DNA from: Thecamonas trahens ATCC 50062
Lineage: Eukaryota; Protista; Apusomonadida
Length of the DNA: 64,000 bases
Assembly: GCF_000142905.1 (NCBI RefSeq)
Contig: NW_013657607.1
Span: 1 to 64,000, forward strand
Reading direction: 5' to 3'
A model generated the notes under the pieces. That model did no database searches and was not told the origin of the DNA. It saw only the letters and a list, made by a program, of their open reading frames with translations. Shown here in pieces: positions 56,622 to 64,000 of this stretch. Position 1 is the first letter of the stretch. Each line of letters opens with the position of its first letter. The position numbers and the translations under genes were made by a program.

Positions 56622-59600
56622 CTATGTGCCCATGTCGGCGCTCACGAGAGTCCGGCATAGTACCGCTATGGCAATTGAAACAGGCGATCGTATGGGCGGC
56701 GCGATGAGCTTTGGCTTAGCGGCCTGGGTGAGGGGTGCGTTCGAGGAAGTGCTGCGGACCGTGGCCGAGTGGATGCCTCCATCGCGCTGTGACACGTGGC
56801 GGGCAATGCGGTCGGCAATCGAGGTGGTGCGGTACATGAGCGTCGGAGGCCGGCTAACAGAGTACATCGATGAGGTCTGCGAGAGCGACGACACAGACGA
56901 CGCGTCCGAGCCAAACTGACCTAGGAGCGCTGGCTTCTGCGGTGGCGAGCTCCCGGTGCGCGAGGTTTGAACCAAAGTGTCGAGGGCAACCTCTTCGAGC
57001 ACGTCACCAAGCCGCCCTGTTGACGAAGTTCGGCGCAGGCGCTTGCGCCGCCGGGATCGCTGTGCCGCCCGTGCTCTCTGCGCCGTCGTGATCCTCTGCT
57101 TCGTTCGCTCCAGCACAAGCCGCTGCAGCGACACCTTGCGAGTTTCCGACGTTCCTGAGAAAGACGGCAATGACTCCACACCATGCGACCGGATCACCGA
57201 CGTACTGTATGCATCCGAGAACGAGTCGGATGACTCGGAGCACACACGTGGCTCGCCCCATAGCTGTGTCGTCTTCTTTGTCGCCAGCCACTCGGGCGAT
57301 CCGAGTGACGGCGGTTCGCGGAGGGACGGAGGTGTCTCCAGATCCGCCATCGTCGAGTTCAGTCGCTCTTCGTTGGACTTGGCCGAATCGCAGTGGGACA
57401 GCGACTGGTGGTACCACCCACCAACCTGTGACGACTCAAACATGGTCGACGACGACGACGACGATAACGACAACGACGATGATGACGTTAACAAAGACTG
57501 GCTTGACTTGCCCAGCGGTTCGTGCGTCGATGAGCTGGCACCTGCACCACATCGTGGCTTCTCGCTCGAGGTATACAGGCCATCGGGCCCTGGACACGTG
57601 CGCGAGGCGTGCGAGACGTCGCCTCCGACGTCGTCATCGTGGGTGGTGACAGTGACGGCGACGCCCGACGCCACAAAGGTCGATGGATACTCCTCGGTCT
57701 GAGTTGGGAGCTCGGACGCCGAGCTCCCGTAGTACCGCTCGGATGTGACCGATGAGAGCGAGACGAGCGAGAAGATGTCAAACTTGACATCGTCGGCCTC
57801 GATAAACGAGAACGACGAGATCCATGATGCGATAAGGCCCGGTGGGAGAACCGTCGGCAGCGCCGCGCGCATCTCGCTGGACATAACAATCTGACCGGGC
57901 TCGGCAGCCATGGCGATGGCATCAGCATGGTGCATGCAGTCGCCAATGTAGTGGATGTGATGTGTGTCCTCGTCGATGGTGTGCATCGGCGAGCAGGCGT
58001 GGAGACCAATGCGGACCCGGAGTCCACGCCACACATACTGCAGCAAACCGTACGACGACGAGTTGCGGGAACGGCGGAGCTGCGACGGGCAGACGTCGTG
58101 GGTGAGAATGGGCCGCGGCCAATCGAGCTTGACAAGTGCGTCTTGGATGAGGACCGAGGCCGCGACGACGTCCGAGGCAGCAGAAAGAGGAAAGACAAAG
58201 ACAAACGAGTCACCGTCCGAGTTGGTCTCGTACCCGCCGGCCTGGGCTACAATCTCCCGGATACACGAGTCATGCAGCTGCATGGCAACCTCCATCTCGC
58301 CCGGCAACTCCTCCCAGAGCGCCGGTGAGCCGTCGACGTCGGTGACCATGACTACAACCCGGCCAACAGGTGCATTGGTCATGCGCATCTCCCACATCTC
58401 GGACGAGGTCGGGTCAGTTGCTGTCTTGGCCCGCGACCGGGAGAGGAAGATGACGGTGACGGTGGCAGTGATGAGGCAAGCACAAGCAAAGGTGCTAACA
58501 GCCATGGTGGTGGCCAACGCGCCAGAGATTGTGCTGCTGCTGCGTTGCGGGGCGGCGCTCGGCACACACCCATCGTCGCCGCCGCACACCCCACAGACAT
58601 CAACCACCATGCCCGAGTCCGGCACCATGTCGCATCCCGCACACGATGTCGAGTTCCCCTCGCACACGCCACACTGGTCCTTGGTCGCGCCGTTGGCCCA
58701 GCACCGGCCGCACTCATCGCGGGCTGCGTCGCGACCAAAGCACACTCCGCAAGAGTCACGGTTGCGGTCGCCACCATGGCACACCCCGCAAGTGTCCTTG
58801 GCTGCGCCGCCGCCAAAGCAAATCCCGCACTCGTCGCGAAAGACGCCCGGTGCCAGGCCGGTCGTCCCGCTGACGCACGTCCCGCACTCGTCGAGGAACG
58901 CGCTCCCGCCGCAGATGCCGGCGCAGTCGTAGATCGCATGCGGCTCGCCGGGCGCGGCGCATGACGAGATGCACGAGCCGATGCCCGAGTGTCCGCCGCA
59001 CACCCCGCACCCGTCGTAGATAGCACCACCAAGCGGAGTCGGCACACCGTCACATCCGGCACACCCTGTCCCATCGCCACCGCACACGCCACAAACATCG
59101 CGGCGCGCGCTCGAGTGTGGCACGCCGTCGCATCCAGCACACGCCGAGCCATCACCAAAGCACACGCCGCACGCATCCTTGGCCGCATTGCCGCCAAAGC
59201 ACACGCCACAATCATCGAGTGCGGCGTGGCCGCCAAAGCACACGCCGCACGCGTCGAGGTCGGCGTTGGCAACGCGTCCCGTGCCGGCACCGGCGCACAC
59301 GCCGCACTCGTCACGGCTCGAGTGTGGCGGACACGGCGCCGGCGCACAGGCCTCAGGCGGTTGAGGCACATACTCGCCAGTGGATGTGCAGGTGACAGAG
59401 ATCTGGTCCGGGCCGCTGCCTGGGCCATCGGGCCCATCCAGTGCTTGGCCCGGCTCGCACACCAGGTCGAGGCTATCGCCAGCAGCCGCGAGCGCCGCAC
59501 CCGTCAGCGGATTTTGGGCGATCGCGCCACCAGCCAGTGCCAGCTTTGGGCACACCTCGTAGTAGGCGACCCGCAGGACAGGCAGCGGGTCGAGAGTGAC

Positions 59601-60185
59601 GACGGCATGATCGCCGGGCGCGCAGTCGGCGCGCAGCACGATCACCAGCCCAGCCTGTAGCCCGCCGGGCGCGTTCGTGTCGCCATCGCCCAGCAGATCC
59701 TGCACTGCCGCGCCGGAGAGAGACACGGCGGCGGCGCCGTCAGCCGTCAGCGGCAGCGAGACGTTGTGCGGCGGGCCGGCGGGCGTCCAGAGCCACGGAT
59801 CGGCGGCGGCGGTCCAGGGCGGCAGCGGGGCGGAGGCGGCGGCAGTGACGGAGAGGCCGACGGCGGCCGAGGCGTTGACGGCAGCCAGAGTGAGGGCCGA
59901 GTCCGGGTGGAACCAGCGGTGACCAGTCAATGTCGTGAGTCCGGCCGGGAAGGACACGGCGAGGGCCACAGCCGTGGCGCACAGGTCGGCGGTGTGCGGG
60001 CCAGCGGCGAGCGGCGGGCCGATGGCAGCGGTGGCCGACGGCCCGGCGATGGTGCCAAAGGCGATACGGCGGGTGGCACCGGTGGCAGGGGAGGGGCCGA
60101 GGGCGACGAGGAGGAGCGCTACCGCAAGCGCCATGGCGGGCCATGGTCGTCGGGGACCGCCTCTGTATACGCATGATGAGGGCAT
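56622..60185 (-). CDS. Receptor-type class III adenylate/guanylate cyclase-like protein with extracellular DxCGVCxG Cys-rich repeats
   Basis: Signal MALAVALLLVALG (ATG 60134, alternative ATG 60185); more than 12 D[AE]CGVCxG repeats; TM; APVGRVVVMVTDVDGSPALWE, GGYETNSDGDSFVFVF, GLRVRIGLH and YIGDCMHHADAIAMAAEPGQIVMS. Confidence 0.9.
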   Translation of the reverse strand: MPSSCVYRGGPRRPWPAMALAVALLLVALGPSPATGATRRIAFGTIAGPSATAAIGPPLAAGPHTADLCATAVALAVSFPAGLTTLTGHRWFHPDSALTLAAVNASAAVGLSVTAAASAPLPPWTAAADPWLWTPAGPPHNVSLPLTADGAAAVSLSGAAVQDLLGDGDTNAPGGLQAGLVIVLRADCAPGDHAVVTLDPLPVLRVAYYEVCPKLALAGGAIAQNPLTGAALAAAGDSLDLVCEPGQALDGPDGPGSGPDQISVTCTSTGEYVPQPPEACAPAPCPPHSSRDECGVCAGAGTGRVANADLDACGVCFGGHAALDDCGVCFGGNAAKDACGVCFGDGSACAGCDGVPHSSARRDVCGVCGGDGTGCAGCDGVPTPLGGAIYDGCGVCGGHSGIGSCISSCAAPGEPHAIYDCAGICGGSAFLDECGTCVSGTTGLAPGVFRDECGICFGGGAAKDTCGVCHGGDRNRDSCGVCFGRDAARDECGRCWANGATKDQCGVCEGNSTSCAGCDMVPDSGMVVDVCGVCGGDDGCVPSAAPQRSSSTISGALATTMAVSTFACACLITATVTVIFLSRSRAKTATDPTSSEMWEMRMTNAPVGRVVVMVTDVDGSPALWEELPGEMEVAMQLHDSCIREIVAQAGGYETNSDGDSFVFVFPLSAASDVVAASVLIQDALVKLDWPRPILTHDVCPSQLRRSRNSSSYGLLQYVWRGLRVRIGLHACSPMHTIDEDTHHIHYIGDCMHHADAIAMAAEPGQIVMSSEMRAALPTVLPPGLIASWISSFSFIEADDVKFDIFSLVSLSSVTSERYYGSSASELPTQTEEYPSTFVASGVAVTVTTHDDDVGGDVSHASRTCPGPDGLYTSSEKPRCGAGASSSTHEPLGKSSQSLLTSSSSLSLSSSSSSTMFESSQVGGWYHQSLSHCDSAKSNEERLNSTMADLETPPSLREPPSLGSPEWLATKKTTQLWGEPRVCSESSDSFSDAYSTSVIRSHGVESLPSFSGTSETRKVSLQRLVLERTKQRITTAQRARAAQRSRRRKRLRRTSSTGRLGDVLEEVALDTLVQTSRTGSSPPQKPALLGQFGSDASSVSSLSQTSSMYSVSRPPTLMYRTTSIADRIARHVSQRDGGIHSATVRSTSSNAPLTQAAKPKLIAPPIRSPVSIAIAVLCRTLVSADMGT

Positions 60186-61901
60186 GGCGTCGGGTGCTCC
60201 GTCCCGCCCCGCCTCACTCTCACCCAATGCCGCAGGTGGAACGAGCGGATGAGCAGCGACGGACAGAACAGTTGGCAGGGAAAAAAACGTTTGTTGACAG
60301 ATTGTGACCACGTGGGGGGGGGGGGGGGGGGGGGAGCCAATCACGGCGTGCGAGGCTGTCGACGAGCATGAGCAGGCCACACTGCCGGCCGAGTAGGAGT
60401 GTGTTTTATCCTTTGCGGAGTCGCATCAAGTGGCCGAGTCTGTGGCGAGCTGCTGGTCGTCGTGTGCGGGTGTGTCCGTCTAGAGTCGGTCCGGATCGGC
60501 ACGGGGCTGTCTTTCGCCGCTTCGCGACATCGACGCCATCGAGCGCGACTTGTCGCAGATGCGGACACGCAACGGCGAGCTGTTCCAGCAGCTCCAAGAT
60601 GCGCTCAACAAGATGGACGCAGCGCACGAGCGCGCCCGAGTTGCGCGAGCAACTGGTGGTCACCGGTGATGCGGTGTAGTCTGCACCCATGGCAGCACGT
60701 GCTGGGGCGCAAGGACACGGCGCCTTCTCGACGTGTTGGTGGCTAGTGAGGTAAACACGTCGCGGCAGGAGATCCGCGCGCCGAACTGGAGGCGTCGATC
60801 ATGTCGAGCCTCGCGGTGCTTGGCGATGGCGAGCCTGTGGGTGCTGGCGAGGGGAGTGACGGAGGACGCGTGGGTGAGGCATCGCATCGCGAGCTGTACC
60901 GTAAGCTCGAGCGTATGATGCGCTCGTGGCCGAGCATGATGCGCTGCAGATCAAGCTCCATGCCAAGTCGCACGAGGCAGTGGTGCTGAGCCGAGCAGCG
61001 ACGCACTACACCGACGCCCGATTCGAGCGCTGTCCGCGGTGCGTGTTCGCAGTCGACACCGCTGGCGCGGTGTCGAGTCAGGCCAAGCCGACCGGCCTTG
61101 ACGGCGAGTGTGGGCGTGGCGCTGACCGTTCATCTACGATCGGAGCACTTCCGCACGCCGCATGTGGTCACAGCGCGGCTGGTCGTCCATACAGCCGAAG
61201 TCCGGCGGGTGCATGGCGAGCCCAAGGCAGTGTCGGTGACGTTTCGTCGCGCGTCGGGCTCGCTGCCAAACATTGCAGACGATCCCTGCCTCTAAACGAC
61301 CGGGCCATGATGAAGTTCATGCGGGAGAATTTCGACTACGACGAGTTGTTGACCGAGAGCATCGGCTGGTCGAAGGCCGTCCGATTCAACAGGCAGACTG
61401 CTCTCAAGTTGTGGCGCCCAGCGTTGGAGATGCTGAACACTCTGGCTCGACGCCTCTCTTAGGCTTCTCATAATTAACGCACTGGCCGTGCATGCCAGCC
61501 AGCTGCTGCGTGCCAGTTGGCACGGATATCACGCGTACTTGAGCGATCAGACCACGCAAATGAACGGGCGCAGTGGAGAGTCGGCGGGCTCAGCCTTCAG
61601 AACCTGTGTCAGCGCAGAGGCAAAGCGCTATCCGGACTCCCCGCTCGAGTCAAAGGCGCGGTACATGCGCGAGACAAACTCGACCGCGGCAGCATCACCC
61701 CCACCGCCACCAGCCGCTGGCAGTGCAGTGGCCCGACAAAGCCCTTCGTCGACAGCACCTTGGTGAGGTCAACGCGCGCGCCCTCCTTCGCAATGAGAAC
61801 AACGTTGCAGACATCGTGGAAAAGCGCCCCCTCCAGCCGACCGACGCTGCCGACGCCGGTTGTGCGAGCAGGTAAAAGGTGAGAGCAGGATAGATGAGAC
61901 G

Positions 61902-62066
61902 CAAAAATATTGCAAAAATGAGCCCAAAATGATTAAATATATTCAATATATATATATATATATATATATTGTCATCAATTTAAATATGCATTCATCAATC
62001 AAATAATGATAATTTTTTTGAGACTAGATTTATATCAATATATAGTTGAGATTGTAATTGCAAATC
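61902..62066. other. AT-rich island containing a (TA)n palindrome
   Basis: About 165 bp almost devoid of G/C in a strongly GC-rich window; caatatatat...atatattg at 61944-61971. Confidence 0.9.
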
Positions 62067-62397
62067 GAAGTCTCGGGAGAAAAATTTCTTTCTCCTTTCT
62101 CGAACCTTTCTTGTCATCCTCGCAAGGCCTCTTGCCGCCCTACGCACCCGCTACACTCACCAGCTGCCCACAGCAACGCTAGCCTCTCGCTTCTCACCCT
62201 CCCCATCCTGCTACAGCGCAAGCTAGCCATCGGCCCCACCCACCGCGGCCCGGCGGCTGCCCATCACAGTCAGCAGCCGAAATTCGACCCGCCACCAACC
62301 ATCAGACGCCGTTGAGCAGACCACGTGACCGGCACCCCCTCTCTCCCCCTCTCCCTCACACGCACGACGCACACGCACGACGCACACGCACACGCAC

Positions 62398-64000
62398 ATG
62401 AACTTCCACACGCCGTTTGTCTCGGGCGCAACGCTCCAGGCGCAGCCGCACACACCGTGGCCGGGCAGCGACCGGCTGGCGTACACGGAGCCGGCCGGCG
62501 GCAAGGCGGCCGGCTCGTCGGCGGTGGCGGCGCTGGTCAACGTCACGACGGGCAAGGTGCTGACGCGGGTGTATGAGGCGGCGGCAGGCGCGCTCCGGGC
62601 GGTGCTCGCGGCGCGGGCGGGCGACCGGGCGGCAATCGACCGGTGGACGCGGGCGGCGGCGGCGGAGAACGCGGCGCGCGGGCTGAGCGTGGGCGACGAC
62701 GGGTACCTCTCGGTCCTCGGGGTGGGCGCATGCGGGCGGACGCCGCTCGGCCCGCTGGGCGAGGGCTGGCGGACGGGCGGCGGGGCGCCGGTGGCTCCGC
62801 TCCCGCCGCATCTGCGCGGCTTCCACGTGACGCTCTTCGGCCCGCCGGACTCGGCCAAGCTCGCCGTCAACGCCATGAACGCCGCCGGGCGCAAGCTGCC
62901 GGGCGAGCCGGCGCTGGTGGCCGAGCTCGTCGCCGCCGCGGGCATGGTCCCCAAGTGGGGCGCCGACGACGAAGACTCCAAGACGCCGCTCTTTGGCGAC
63001 CTTGCCGCCGCGGCGCACCACCTCAATGCGTGCTTTGACGGCAGCCTGGAGACGACCGACGCGGCGTCGGGCAAGCACTACGCCATCGCGCCGGCCGAGC
63101 CGGCTGCGGGCGTCTTCCCCTCGCTGCCCATCAAGCGCATCCCGGGGCTGGACCTGCCGTGCCTCGCCGTGACCATTGCTGACGAGGCGGCTGCCGGTGG
63201 CCGTGACACGGTCCCGTTGCACATGCTCGACCTGGTGGCGCACGTGGTGGCCAACGCGCACCGGCCCGAGGCGCTCACCTTTTACGTGCCCAAGCTGGAG
63301 AATGAGGAAGAGGCCGCGTACCTCTCTCTGCTCATCGGCGCGGTGGAGGAGGCCATTGTGGCCCTCGGCGTGGCGCCCGACTACGTTCCGGGCACCATCC
63401 GCGTCATCCTCGTCCTGGAGAACCCGCGGGCGGTCTTCCGCGTCCACGAGATGATGGATGCGCTGTACCCGTACTTTGCCGGCGCCTCGCTCGGCTGGCA
63501 CGACTACCTCGCGTCGACGGCGCGCCTCTTTGCCCACGACCCGCAGTACTCCATCCCGGTCAAGGCCGACCCGGACATTGTCATCAAGCACATCAAGGAG
63601 TCGCACGTCATGCTCGCCGACGTCGTCGGTGCTCGCGGCGGGCTCAAGATCGGCGGCATGTACGGCATTCTCCCGTCGTCGCGCGAGCTGGCCGATCCGT
63701 CCATGCAGGTTACCCTCATCGGCTACGTCCGCGACGTGGTGACCCAGCTCAAGCGCGGGCTCGACGGCTTCTGGGTCGCCCATCCCGACTTTGTCCGCAT
63801 CGGCATCGCCATTGTCCAGGCGTGGCGGAGCGACGCGCTCCCCGCCCTCATCTCGGCCCTCATCCTGGACCCGGCGTCGGCTGCCGAGCTGGAGGCCTTT
63901 GTGGCCGGGCCGGACATCGACGGCCTCGCGGTGGACGACCCCAAGTACCCGCGCGCCCTCCTTGCCGCCGACGTCGGCGTCTCCAACGTTGTGGCCAACT
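62398..64000 (+). CDS. Divergent malate synthase-like protein, 3' truncated by the window end (absent from the ORF track)
   Basis: Manual translation from ATG 62398: HVTLFGPPD, WGADDEDSKTP, PIKRIPGL, FYVPKLENEEEA, GTIRVILVLEN, GASLGWHDYLAS, IGGMYG and GLDGFWVAHPDF. These follow the order of malate synthase motifs ADFEDS, YLPKLE, GTIRATVLIE, GRWDY, GGM and DGTWVAHP. Confidence 0.85.
   Translation, partial: MNFHTPFVSGATLQAQPHTPWPGSDRLAYTEPAGGKAAGSSAVAALVNVTTGKVLTRVYEAAAGALRAVLAARAGDRAAIDRWTRAAAAENAARGLSVGDDGYLSVLGVGACGRTPLGPLGEGWRTGGGAPVAPLPPHLRGFHVTLFGPPDSAKLAVNAMNAAGRKLPGEPALVAELVAAAGMVPKWGADDEDSKTPLFGDLAAAAHHLNACFDGSLETTDAASGKHYAIAPAEPAAGVFPSLPIKRIPGLDLPCLAVTIADEAAAGGRDTVPLHMLDLVAHVVANAHRPEALTFYVPKLENEEEAAYLSLLIGAVEEAIVALGVAPDYVPGTIRVILVLENPRAVFRVHEMMDALYPYFAGASLGWHDYLASTARLFAHDPQYSIPVKADPDIVIKHIKESHVMLADVVGARGGLKIGGMYGILPSSRELADPSMQVTLIGYVRDVVTQLKRGLDGFWVAHPDFVRIGIAIVQAWRSDALPALISALILDPASAAELEAFVAGPDIDGLAVDDPKYPRALLAADVGVSNVVAN

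Overview
GC-rich, intron-poor eukaryotic (protist) genomic DNA with two assembly gaps (1940-2429 and 22035-22786). The gene content and style resemble the apusozoan Thecamonas trahens, but this is an inference and was not checked. The left ~27 kb looks like a dynamic, subtelomere-like zone. It holds gene fragments (RNase III with helicase-like motifs, M14 carboxypeptidase, Ulp1 protease), a degenerate telomere-like tract and a signal-peptide BTB gene bracketed by ~170-bp direct repeats. It also holds a TDP2-like phosphodiesterase and a family of LRR + ankyrin-like + coiled-coil genes whose 78-bp LRR units are near-identical except at a few solvent-exposed codons, which is the most striking signal in the window. 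The window also encodes two large FG-GAP / beta-helix / Cys-rich / multi-TM receptor-like proteins, a membrane-anchored degenerate STAND-like protein, an F-box-ankyrin protein and a 2000-aa LRR/WD-like protein. Further right are an S10 serine carboxypeptidase lacking a visible first exon, two tandem receptor-type class III cyclase-like genes with substituted catalytic residues, and a divergent malate synthase running off the right end. Several genes are broken by single-base losses in homopolymer runs, which are most likely sequencing errors. No rRNA, tRNA or CRISPR array was recognised.
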